From contig OZ024742.1 in assembly GCA_964016885.1 (NCBI GenBank), positions 262,570,001 to 262,634,000 on the forward strand: a stretch of DNA of 64,000 bases, in the 5' to 3' direction. The position numbers and the translations under genes are program-made. The notes under the pieces were generated by a model that was not told the DNA's origin, ran no database searches, and saw only the letters and a program-made list of their open reading frames with translations. Origin of the DNA: Eledone cirrhosa (Eukaryota). This document shows, piece by piece, positions 39,964 through 52,639 of the stretch; positions within the stretch are counted from its first letter, which is position 1; each line of letters starts with the position of its first letter.

Positions 39964-41826
39964 TTACTTACCTTCCGGGGTCTTGTGAAGGTCGGGTGGT
40001 TCGACCTCCATGGTTTGTGGGGTTTCTTTTGGGAACCCCTTTAATAGTCTTGACGTGGGTTTTACGTTCGGGGTTCCCACATCCCGAGGAAAGCTCTTTC
40101 GAATTTCTTTGTATGAAGCGAGCGACATTCGCATCAGAAGCAAATTATCTGGTACGCGAAATGTGCTCGCTTCAAATGTTTCCCCGTCTTTTTCGATGTT
40201 TGTGCTTCGTGCTACATGGGCCATCAATTCCTTGTTGGCCCTTCTGGCAAGCACGAAGTTTTTAATGTTTTGTTGCTCGGGTTTTATTTGTTCGTGTGAT
40301 TGTGGTGGTGATAGCTTTGTTAGTGTTGTTTCTATTGTGTCTGCGTTTGTTGTGGGTGGGGTGTCTGTAGTTTCTGATGTTTGTGTGTCTATTTGTTCTT
40401 GTGTCTGTTTAGCTTGTTTGCGTTTGGGGGATTTTGGTGGTTGTGTTGGTGATGCTGTGGGGAAAATGTTTGTGTGGGTGGTGTGTGTATTTTTTTTTGT
40501 GGGGGTGTTTGTGCTTTGTGGATTTCTTTTTTTTTTGTGTTTTGTTTTTTGTATTTTGGGGGACTTTGGTTTTCCCTCATCTTCACTGCTGGAGGATGAG
40601 GGGTCTGTGGCTGTGAGCGTGTTTGTGTCTGAGTGAGTGTTTATGTTCTTGTTCGTGTGTGTATTTTGGGGGGGAGGGGGAATGGGAGAGCTTTCCTCGT
40701 TTCCCCCCTGGGTGTGCAATTTTGGTGGTTCCATTGTTGACGGTGTTGCTGGTGGTCCTTGTCCCGGCGTCGCCAGCAGTGGAATCTTTCGACCCCTTGC
40801 GCTTTTCGGCAGTTGAGGGCAGAAGGCTCGCAAGTGTGTCGTTTCCCCACAAAGGAAACAATGCGGCCTTTTGCCCTCAGTCATTATATGCAACACCCTC
40901 CCGTTTTGGAGGCGGATGTGGTCCGGGATTGTTTTTACGTTTTCGGGTCTGATTTGGAGCAGTATCTCCAGATCAACCCCGGACCAGTCGTCCCTGGCAG
41001 TTCTCGTTGCCTCTACCGGGACTGTATCCGTTCCTTCCACGATTACGCAACCCAGGAGCCACCACATATCAAGTCCTGGTGGAATCCTGGGAATGCGCAC
41101 ACGTGCTATTCGTTTTCCCATGTGGGAGGGGTACATTATGACCTTGCTGGTTTTGCAAGGGGTCATTGAATGCTTCACAGCGAGGGCTTCAGACTTGAAC
41201 AGCACCGAAACGGTGCCGTATTGCCTGCCCCTCTCTATGAAGTCTGTGTCCTCTCTGATGTATTTCAGTGCGGCTTCTATGTCAGCTTGGGCGATTATCG
41301 CTGCCCTCTTTGTCTCTACTGAGATGCATCTGAAATGCACCGTTCTTTTTTCCACTGCCTCAATGGCTTCTGCCGGGACAGTTAAGTTTGCCCAGGTCTG
41401 CTCTTGATTTATGATTTTCCAGGCCTGGGCCAACTTTTCCTCTCTGTTGGTTAAGTCGATGCTGTAGCATGGTCTCCTTTTAGCCGCTGCCACAGCAGCG
41501 AAAGTGTTCTTGTTGGTGTTGTCACTGTTGTTGTTCTTGTTGGTGTTGCTGCTGCTATTGCTGTTGTTGTTCTCCCCTGTGTCGTGGTTACCTTCTGTGC
41601 TGTTGGCCTTGTTGGTGCTCTCGCTATTACCACCTTCTGCGCTGTTCGGCTTGTTGGTGTTGGTGTTGTCGCTGTTACCACCTTCCGCGCCGCTCGGCCC
41701 GTTGGTGCTGGCACTGTCGCTGCTCACATTCGTGCTGGTGGCGCTCCTCGCCTCACCTCTCCTCTCAACGCTCAAGTCGCCGTTGCACGACAGCAGACCC
41801 GCCTCTAGGGGGCGTGGCTCCGCCAT
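39964..41826 (-). CDS. ORF1p: gag-like nucleic-acid-binding protein (620 aa)
   Basis: CCHC knuckle CFLCGETTHLRAFC, FAAVAA motif, Pro/Thr/Lys-rich linker; immediately upstream of ORF2. Confidence 0.9.
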   Translation of the reverse strand: MAEPRPLEAGLLSCNGDLSVERRGEARSATSTNVSSDSASTNGPSGAEGGNSDNTNTNKPNSAEGGNSESTNKANSTEGNHDTGENNNSNSSSNTNKNNNSDNTNKNTFAAVAAAKRRPCYSIDLTNREEKLAQAWKIINQEQTWANLTVPAEAIEAVEKRTVHFRCISVETKRAAIIAQADIEAALKYIREDTDFIERGRQYGTVSVLFKSEALAVKHSMTPCKTSKVIMYPSHMGKRIARVRIPRIPPGLDMWWLLGCVIVEGTDTVPVEATRTARDDWSGVDLEILLQIRPENVKTIPDHIRLQNGRVLHIMTEGKRPHCFLCGETTHLRAFCPQLPKSARGRKIPLLATPGQGPPATPSTMEPPKLHTQGGNEESSPIPPPPQNTHTNKNINTHSDTNTLTATDPSSSSSEDEGKPKSPKIQKTKHKKKRNPQSTNTPTKKNTHTTHTNIFPTASPTQPPKSPKRKQAKQTQEQIDTQTSETTDTPPTTNADTIETTLTKLSPPQSHEQIKPEQQNIKNFVLARRANKELMAHVARSTNIEKDGETFEASTFRVPDNLLLMRMSLASYKEIRKSFPRDVGTPNVKPTSRLLKGFPKETPQTMEVEPPDLHKTPEGK

Positions 41827-42060
41827 GTTTTTTTGAGAAAAAAATTATTATTTTTTTTCAAAATAAAGTTCAAATATTTGGGCCAAAAGGCCCAAATATT
41901 ATGAGTTATTCCTTCACAGGATACAAATTAATGTCTTATAATGCTTCAGCGGTACAAAAAATAAACAATTCTCTACAATTAATCCTCAAAAATTGCTTAC
42001 TCACGGAGCTTCAAAAAACGTACATCCACTTTCGTCAATAATAATAATAATAATAATAAT

Positions 42061-45000
42061 GCTTTCTTTATTAACCACAAGGGTTTACACAAAGTAAGAC
42101 ATTAAGGACAAAACAGGACAATACAGGACGGTACAAATGGGCATTTCTGCGTGTAAAAAAAAAAACAGGATGTACAAAAAAAGAAACAATGAAAAATTCC
42201 CCAATAGGGGGGACACTTCCGAGGGACATTCGTGGAGAAAGCCCAGTAAAAAAGCCACGGTGACCCTGACCACCAGGGCAAGTGCCCTCTCCCAGTTTTC
42301 GACCTTCAATTTACAGGCACATACTCAGAGTAGGCCCATTCACACGAGCTATTCTTGCCTGTCTCACCCATCTTTCAACAAAATGATGGGAAGAGAGCAC
42401 TTCCCTTTCTACCCTGATTTTCCTTTTCAAATGAAATTTGAAAAAGTTAATCAGGGTATCACCGAAGAGGTAAGTGCTCGTCTTCAGCCCTTTCAAACGT
42501 GTCCACCATACTATCTCTTTCGCCATGGCCACCAGACAGATAAAAACTTCCTGCCCTTCCCGGCTAAAGGAGGAGGGCGGGGCAATCCTCACGATGGACT
42601 CAGCTGATAGCTGGGTCCGTCCTACACGCGACAGCAGGTGTTCGACATAAACCCACAAGTCAGCAAATGCTCGGACACTGGACGAGTGCGTGCGGGACAG
42701 TTTCGTCGCCTTGCGCGCATCTCGGACCTGCTCGGCTGACGGCACTTCCATGCCTGTAGAGTTTATCCCGAACTGGTAAAGCTCCGCGGTAGCACTGCCA
42801 GGCCAGGGATTTCTGGAAGTTGTCCATAGGCCCCGGCCCGAAAGTTCTTCCGAACTTGATTTTCGTCGACGCCTAGAGTTTCCCCAAATACGTCGTCGCT
42901 CTTCCCCTCCACTAATCCTCTATAGAACGCCAAGGTAGAGTTTCCACCGATCACATTGCCCGACTGGTCGAGGGCTGTGAGCGCCTGAAGACATTCCAAT
43001 CGGTCTTCGCTAGCCAGGACTGCAGCTCCGTCAAGGAGACGAGCTGGGGAAAGACGCGTCTAGCAAACGGCGACCACACCTGATCACCGTTGAGGAAGAG
43101 GTGGAGATATCGTAGCCTGAGCGCGTATCTGCGCATCATCAGCCTTGGCATACCCAGACCTTCACGTAGCGGGTGTTGACAGCAGATGGACCGCCTGACC
43201 ATCGGAGCGCGTCCCTTCCACAAAAAGCGAAAGAGCAAACGCTCCAGCGCAGTCAGGTGAGGCTTAGGACAAGGCACGACGGTCAGGCGGTAGTAGATGA
43301 CGGACGCGATGTACGCATTCGCCACCTCCGCTCGACATTTCAGTGATAGCTTCCTCTCTGCCCATTTCTGAGTGAGAGAAGCCACCCTGCTCGTCACCTC
43401 GTCTCAGTTTTTGTCCGTCTGGAGGTCCGGACCGAACCAAACCCCTAGCAATTTAACCGGTCCGTCCGTCCAGCGCCCGACGACGCTGTTGGGCGGCATG
43501 GACCTGCCTCTCCAGGTGCCGAGCTGCAGGCCCACAGACTTTTCCTGGTTGATCATTGCTCCTGTCACTGGTTCGCATTCTCTTAGTGTAGTGCCGATTG
43601 TCTCGATGTGTTTGGCGTTCGACACCACTATGGTGACATGGTCCGCATATGCTGACACGGATCTTCCGTATCCTAGTTCGCGTGGGACCCCCCTCATCGT
43701 CTCTAATTTGTGCAGTAACGGCCTGACGGCCAATACGTACAAGAGGAGCGAGATAGGACAACACTCGCGGACCGAGCGCATGATGCTGAACAGCTGCGAT
43801 AGGTGACCATTCACCCTCACAAGCGAGCAGGTGTCGCTGTGCATCGCAGCGATCCAGCCCCTAAAAACGGTCCCGAAGCCAACCTATCTAAGTCAACTTC
43901 ACAAATCACAAATTTGTGGTCCGTATAGTCGACTACTTTAAATTGTGGACAACCTACACTAGCCTTATCTGTTTCCCCAAAGAATATCCTATCTAAATAC
44001 GATCTGGATGACTCGATGCGTTTTGCCCATGTCCACATTGGCACATTCGGATAATCCAGTCTATACCTGTCAGACAGTTCAAAACGTCTGAGCAGGTTGT
44101 TGAGGCTTTTACACCCTCCTCCCCTGTCTACTAGCCCCACATAATCCCAGCATGCATCTAAGACACCGTTCCAGTCGCCCACTAACACTAAAGAGCGGGA
44201 CGTTCCAAGAAAGGTCTCTAGACGTCTGAAGAAATCTGGCCGTACTGCCCCTGTTGGGGCGTAGACGGCTACTAGCCTGAAAGCATTGCCTTCGCTGCTG
44301 GTCACGTCCAGTACCACCGACTTACCTTCTGGGTCCAGGATGGCGAGATCCAAGCCTCTCCGAAAAAGCACAGAAACTCCTCCCCCCGATCCTGGACGGC
44401 TGAAAGATGCGTATACATCGTAGCCACCGAAGATCGGTGCGAAGGCTCGTGCTTCGGAGATTCTGGTCTCGCTGATGGCCTCCACATCTATGATTAGTGA
44501 CCTGAGGTCGTTGAGCAGGTGACCCTGCTTCCATGACGTACATTTACACTGCTTATTCTAAGTACGGTCATGCTGGGTGAGGAACTGAGAAAGGATCACT
44601 TACCTTGATCGTGTGGGGGAAGGGACAGTAGAACCGTCCCTTAGGCTGGTCATGTGTGTTTCCAAGATGATAGCTGTATAGATTCTCTTGGAGTGTGACC
44701 CGCTGAAATCCCCAACGCAGTTGGGGAATTTTTGCTTTAATTTTTTAGTCTTCCAGTTTAATTTCGACAATTGTAATGTTTTTGGTGTTGGTGTGGTGTG
44801 GTTGTCTGAAGTATCTGTGTGCTGTTTTAAATGTTCCATTAATCCTTGGTGTGCAATGTTTATGGCTGTATACTTTGGGGGGGGGGGGGGGGGGGGGTTG
44901 CTGTTTTCTTATTGTTGCTGTTGGGTGTGTGCTTTGTTGTGTTTGCGATGTTGCTGTTTGTGGTGATGCTGGTGGTGGTGTGGTTGTTGTTGTTGATAGT

Positions 45001-46255
45001 GATACTTTTGGTGGTGATGGTGGTGGCGTTGCTGCAAGTCGCGTTGCTGCAAGTCGCGTTGCTGCAAGTCGCGTTGCAGCCTTTACCCTTCTTTGTTTGT
45101 CCTCGCCTTTGGAAGGCGAAGCTAAGGGGTTCTTTCTTTTTTGTTTTTTGTGTCAGACCTTTTGCCACTTCACTCCCGCCTCACACTCCATGTCGGATCC
45201 CGTGGCGTCTGAAAGGGGTATGTGCTCCACGGCTGTTGGTGGTGGTAGTGGAGCCCTCTCCGGCGATTTTGTTGCTGGTGCAGCTACTGCAAATGTAGAT
45301 GCTGGTGTTGCCGCCACTGCTGCCGCTGTTTTAGTAGTCCGTGGCTTTGGTATGGGTGCCACGGACGTTGCCCTCCTACTCACCGTGGAAGGGTCTTCTG
45401 CCTCTGTCGCCTGCCCTGCTCTTGGTAGCAGCGGACCAGACTTCGGAAGGAGGGCGGGGGAGAGGGTCTTCTGCGGGCAAAAGGCCCTGAGGTGACCCTT
45501 TTCCCCACAGAGATTGCACTTTGGGCGTCTTACTTTCACGCTTGTAGGGAGTTGGAGTCCTTCTTCGAGGTCTATGGTATCCGGGATAGCCTCGATACAC
45601 TCCTCGTCAGATTGTATTAGCATTTGCATGCCTATTCCTGGCCAGTTCTCTCTTCCCATTCACTCTACTTGCAGCATGGTGGTCCTGTCCTCGATTCCAG
45701 CAAGGACAGACGCGGCCAGCCAAGGTATGGGCGCGTCTGGCGGGACCTGGGTCACTTTGACGCTCACAATTTTCTGCCCGCAGTAGGAGGACACCAAGAC
45801 TATTCTCCTCACTCCTTAGGGTTTCCAAAGAGTGAGACTTCGCCTCTTGGGGGGTGGCGAAAAGTACGTCCACTGTGGTATACTTTTTGCCTCAGGTGAT
45901 GTGGGTTTTGCGCGCCCAGACGCACCCCAAGGCCTTTTGGATTTGGGCCTCCGTGGATCTCTCCACCCAATGTGACATTTTGCTTACAGTGCGGTAAGTC
46001 ACCGTCCGTAGCTGCTGGTCCTTGAAAAAAATCGGGTGAAGATTTCAGGGAGACTCTATTGTCATTTCTCGTCACCATGGCCCTTGCGACTGCCATCTCC
46101 TCCTCCGTGACTAGCACTATTTCTATATTCCGGGCCACACCTGCAAAAGAAGTGGCCCCTTTTTCAGCGGCACCATTATTGCTGCCGCTACTGCTGCTAC
46201 TGGAACTGTCCTTTATCCATCCAGTTTCCGTTCGCTCCAGCAGAACGGAGGGCTA
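42061..46255 (-). mobile_element. Degenerate Tx1/L1-clade LINE with a roughly 1 kb internal deletion at about 43880
   Basis: CNLCGEKGHLRAFC, APE ORF 43817-44485, YADH; 3' part highly similar to 20643-22480. Confidence 0.93.
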
Positions 46256-46318
46256 AAAAAGGCATCGACCTTATCTCATCTTACCGATGAATACAATAAA
46301 CTCTTACACTATAACTTC

Positions 46319-47129
<811 letters not shown>

Positions 47130-47132
<3 letters not shown>

Positions 47133-48645
47133 AAGGGTGAAAGCAGCGATTCTTTGCTTAAACTTTAATCTGTTATTTTATATATAGTAATAATGATAAA
47201 TGTGAAGACTAAAATCCAAAGAAGGCTCGATAAGGATAAATATATATCAAATATATAAGAACCCTCTGGAGTCTAAAAGACAACAACACCCAATATAGGT
47301 TACACTGGGAGATCCTAGCTAAAGCTAGATCGTATAACGGAAATAAAAGACCGTGCGATCATTGCGCCGCTGAAACCCTGGAAATACTCTACGCTAATGA
47401 TCACATCTTAAACAAAAAATCTGAGGCAATTTCGGCTTGTAAACACAAATTGCATAAATCTTTCCTGCATTACAGCCCCACATTATACCCTAACGGATAG
47501 TACGAACAATACGCGGATAATTTACGTATTGAAGTGGTAGCTAAGTATATTTTATGTTTATACCATTACTTATTTGTATAGGTAGGTATACCTTACCCGT
47601 ATGTTTTGTGAAGGTACGTATACTTTCTCGTATGCATATATGCTTGTATTTGTTATAGGTGTATATATTATATTATATATACTGGTATATGTGTATATAG
47701 TTATGTGTATATATGTATTTTGTGTTTGTGTGTGTACGCGTGTATGCTGGTTTGCACGTATGTAAGGTGTGTATATGTGTACATTGTGTTTTGGTTGACG
47801 TACGTTTGGTGAACATATGTGTATTTACCTGTAGGTATGTGTGTGCGTGCGCTATATACGTACTTATGTGTGTATATTTATATACGTTTATATAATTATA
47901 TGTATACACACACACACATATATATTTTTTTACGTGTATTTGGTGTATACGTTCGTATGTGTGCGGGTACAGGTGTTGCGCGGGTTTATATATGTGTGCG
48001 CGTGTCTACGTGTACGTGCATGTATATGCATGCATGGCGGGTATTTTCGCGTATGCACGTGTATGTACGAATATAATGCGTGTATACTCTTTTACTCTTT
48101 TACCTGTTCCAGCCATCCGACTGAGGCCATGCTGGGGCACCGCGCTTAGATGTATATATTTACGCCGAGGTTGACTTTGCCTTTCATCCTTACGAGGTCG
48201 ATAAAATAAAGTACCAGCAATGTACTGGGTAATTGCTGGCCTTGTGCCTAAAGTAGAAACAATTATTACTTTTATGATTTTAATAACCTATGTAATTTTC
48301 GTTATACTAATTTATTTACATTATTCTTAACTCTGAAATCGAGAATCATTCGGTTTCCTAAATAGAATATTAGTCTACGACTACATTTATACCATAAACG
48401 TGGTTTTGTCTTTGCTTGTAATTGTTCTCACGCCCACATAACGACGTATTATCTTCGCTTTTTTTTCGTTCATTGCCAGGGAACGTCTTCACGAACCAAA
48501 GTATCGTCTTCCTGTTTTCCTTCGGTTGCAAAGTTTTTCGAAATATTTACTTCTGCGTTCACAGATTGATTTTTTTTAGTTTCAGATGATCCCGTTAAGG
48601 GTGAAAGCAGAGATTATTTGCTTAAACTTTAATCTGTTATTTTAA
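47130..48645 (+). mobile_element. Non-autonomous PLE derivative with terminal direct repeat and a GIY-YIG C-terminal remnant (47264-47500)
   Basis: 47130-47180 = 48594-48643; manual translation LWSLKDNNTQYRLHWEILAKARSYNGNKRPCDHC...LNKKSEAISACKH resembles ORF 16958-17455. Confidence 0.8.
48163..48265 (+). mobile_element. 5'-truncated SINE
   Basis: 3' half of the 6173-6362 family. Confidence 0.85.
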
Positions 48646-48651
48646 TAAATA

Positions 48652-48729
<78 letters not shown>

Positions 48730-49129
48730 GCAAAAAATGAAACGAAATTTCATTTCTCACTCTTAGTACGGCTGTTACTTAAATATAAGTATGTATGTAT
48801 ACGTACATACATATATGTATACAGATGTACAGTAGTATGTACAGTAGTAAGTATACCTTCCTGCCAGGAAGGCATACGTTGCTGACGATAGCTAATAAGA
48901 TTGAAACTAGTACAGCGTTCCTTTGTCAGTGTTGAACAAATGAGCAACGATGGTTGCTAGACACTGTACGGCTTAATTCGGCATGTTTGTTTGTTTACAA
49001 ACACACCGAGCATTATAATAAATGTTCGGTGAATCCATATGTACATATATATATGTGTGCATGTATGTTTATATATATACATACTACTGTACGTCTGTAT
49101 ACATATATGTATGTACGTATACATACATA

Positions 49130-49212
<83 letters not shown>

Positions 49213-49419
49213 TTAAGTCGTTTGGAAGCCTCGACAATGCAAATGGGTAAATCTCCGGGTAACAAGGTCCGGTGGTGGAGAGAGAGATGTAAGTGGGTGT
49301 ACGTTGAGATGCGTGGTGTGTATAACATGTGTGAGATGTGTAGAATGAAGGGAAGAGTAAAAAGATAAAAATAAAAATAACAACACAAGAGAGAGTTACC
49401 TTGGGAGAGATTTAATAGT

Positions 49420-49455
49420 CCCTATATATTTCGGATTCACATCCATCAACTGGGG
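49420..49455 (-). ncRNA. Degenerate minimal hammerhead-like motif
   Basis: ccc agttgat ggat-gtga-atcc GAAA tatata ggg; CUGANGA box decayed. Confidence 0.35.
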
Positions 49456-49551
49456 TTTTTTCCGGGGTGGGGGAAAAGGTTGTCTGTCGGACAACTCGGA
49501 ACGCGTCTTTCGCTGTTTGTTGATTTATATATATACATATATATATATATA

Positions 49552-50587
49552 TCTCTTATATAATAAAGTTGTAGTTCCTGTCTGTTTGTTTGTTCACGAA
49601 CTCCTCCTATAGTTTTGGAGATAAACCCCCATAACCATATATATTCGGAAACTACATTGCCCAGGGTACTTGGATAAGTATATTTCATTTTAATCAAAGG
49701 GTTCCCGGGGGCACAAACCCCCGCTGAAAATGTTTTCCCTTCGATTTATATGAAATTTAAACCATACGTAAATGACAAGATATGATGCCTATTCACAAAA
49801 TTTCAGCAAATTTCAATAATATTAACAGACCCTAATGGGGGTTAAACGCCCTATTGTGAAAATGTTGGCCAATAAATGGAACAAGATGTGTTGTAAAAGA
49901 TTGCATGAGAACTTGATAGAAGCCACCATTACATTCGGGGCTTACAAAGGCTCTTCTCATTCCGAGGATTCCACTTATACCAAGTGATAGCGAGTTGCCT
50001 TTTACATTTAAGAGGCTGCAGTTCCCAGTGAAGCCATGCTTTGCTATGAGTATCAATAAGAGTCAAGGTCAAACTTTCAAAACTATTGGTATATATCTGA
50101 CAAACCCATGTTTCAGTCATGGCATGTTTTATGTGGCTGTTTCAAAGACTGGAACTTCAAAAAATCTCTACATTTTAGCCAATCAAAGAAAGACAAGAAA
50201 TGTTGTTTACCCTGAAGTTCTTCATCAGGACAAAGTATGAAATATATGTTCATGTATTAATTATGCTAAAAAATAAATAATTAAACTTTGAATTTCTAAT
50301 TTGAAAATAATGCTTTACACAAAATAAAATGGTCGAGTTTTGAATTGATATTTTGAAAAAAAATTATTTACAAAAAACAAAATAAGAATAAGATTTAATA
50401 ATGTAATTTTCATTTGATATATTACAAAAAATAATGTTTTCCAATTTTTCATGCATTACATTTTACATTGAGTAATATTGAAATGCAGAGTTTTTCACCA
50501 TAAATGATATCACTGATTTAAAATCAATCATCATTTTCTTACAAAAAAAATTGTGTGAAACGCAGCAAGGCGCGGATAATTCGGCTA

Positions 50588-50588
<1 letters not shown>
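49552..50588 (+). mobile_element. Non-autonomous Helitron with a PIF1-like helicase C-terminal remnant (about 49875-50240)
   Basis: 5' TC and 3' CTAG inside an A|T site; NGTR, IPRIPL, FKRLQFPV, FAMSINKSQGQT, FSHG..YVAVS. Confidence 0.92.
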
Positions 50589-50640
<52 letters not shown>

Positions 50641-50745
50641 CGAAATAAATTTAGTTAAATTAAATTAAAGGATTCATGTCCGAGACATGCGCCATACCCA
50701 CTGTAGAATAACCTCAAAGATTCCACTGAATAGATCCGAGCATTT

Positions 50746-50956
50746 TATATCAACTAGAAATTGATTGACATATATATATATATATATATATATTTAAAAT
50801 AAACACATGAAACAATCACAGGGGATAATTTGTAAAGTGTGTAATCACACACAGCTAGGTGTGTGTGATTACACACTTTACAAATTATCCCCTGTGATTG
50901 TTTCATGTGTTTATTTTAAATATATATATATATATATATGTCAATCAATTTCTAGT

Positions 50957-50963
<7 letters not shown>
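50746..50963. repeat. Near-perfect fold-back with arms of about 105 bp
   Basis: atatcaactagaaattg...taatcacacac / gtgtgtgatta...caatttctagttgatat with a short loop. Confidence 0.9.
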
Positions 50964-51013
<50 letters not shown>

Positions 51014-51750
51014 AATGAATTTATATCGATATACAAAATATTGATTCGGTGCACCATTACCGTTTAACGTAAATTTGGCGCGAAAATATCAAAAGCAGAG
51101 CGCACTCATACATGTTGTGGGTACAATATTTTAAATATCTTGCAAATTTATAACATAACATAGACCCAAGTAGAACTTTAAAAATATTACTTACATTACA
51201 TTAGCAATATATAGTTTTAATACAGTCTTACATAACGTAATTCTGGGTCTTGGGAAAACAGAACAATTACCATAATTAAATAAATAATTAGTAATGTTAA
51301 GAAGCCGATCATCATTAGTGAATCATCTTATTAATTAGACAAGATATTAACTGTTTTAATTAAGTTTGAGCCGAGACAGAAACTCACATATTGTCATGGC
51401 GGTTGCGACAATAACTGTGACAGTCGTAGACAGTTGTAAGCCGAGAGGAATATAAAATTAGCAACAAATCGGGAGTGGAAATATACAAATGGATTTATAT
51501 CGATGTACAAATTATCGACTCGCTGCACCATAACCGTTCATGTATATAAATATATGGGAGATGGTCTGAAAAGTGATGGGATAGGTGTAGCTGTAACTAC
51601 TCTGATCATAGATCTACTCAACATGGAGGCTAGCTAAACAATAACAACACACCAACAACAACAGCAACAACAAATAAAGAAAAAAACATTTACAATTTAA
51701 TTACTTTTGACTTCGGCTTATTTTGTCTGAGTTTGTTACTCGTGTTAAAA

Positions 51751-52639
51751 ATCTACTGTATATAGTAATGCCACACCACACTACATTACACTATACAACA
51801 CTATCCACACCAGGAAACATCTACTGTATATAGTAATGCCACACCACACTACAATACACTATACAACACTATCCACACCAGGAAACATCTACTGTATATA
51901 GTAATGCCACACCACACTACAATACACTATACAACACTATCCACACCAGGAAACATCTACTGTATATAGTAATGCCACACCACACTACAATACACTATAC
52001 AACACTATCCACACCAGGAAACATCTACTGTATATAGTAATGCCACACCACACTACAATACACTATACAACACTATCCACACCAGGAAACATCTACTGTA
52101 TATAGTAATGCCACACCACACTACAATACACTATACAACACTATCCACACCAGGAAACATCTACTGTATATAGTAATGCCACACCACACTACAATACACT
52201 ATACAACACTATCCACACCAGGAAACATCTACTGTATATAGTAATGCCACACCACACTACAATACACTATACAACACTATCCACACCAGGAAACATCTAC
52301 TGTATATAGTAATGCCACACCACACTACAATACACTATACAACACTATCCACACCAGGAAACATCTACTGTATATAGTAATGCCACACCACACTACAATA
52401 CACTATACAACACTATCCACACCAGGAAACATCTACTGTATATAGTAATGCCACACCACACTACAATACACTATACAACACTATCCACACCAGGAAACAT
52501 CTACTGTATATAGTAATGCCACACCACACTACAATACACTATACAACACTATCCACACCAGGAAACATCTACTGTATATAGTAATGCCACACCACACTAC
52601 AATACACTATACAACACTATCCACACCAGGAAACATCTA
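51751..52639. repeat. 68-bp minisatellite, 13 near-identical units
   Basis: Unit starts at 51751, 51819, ... 52567; only the first unit shows a substitution. Confidence 0.97.

Larger units (their letters stand above)
36262..42037 (-). mobile_element. Intact full-length Tx1/L1-clade LINE between (AAT)n tracts
   Basis: Two uninterrupted ORFs, about 210-nt 5' UTR, AATAAA near 36270, (AAT)n at 36246-36262 and 42037-42060. Confidence 0.97.

Noticed and set aside
39936-39971. 36-nt micro-intron fusing ORF1 to ORF2
   Set aside because: Splicing at GTAAGT...CAG keeps the ORF1 frame, which differs from the ORF2 frame
36712-41836. Plus-strand ORFs overlapping the intact LINE
   Set aside because: Antisense shadows of GC-rich or low-complexity coding sequence with no recognisable motifs
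51751-52639. CRISPR-like regular array
   Set aside because: Units are identical with no unique spacers, no cas genes, and the context is eukaryotic
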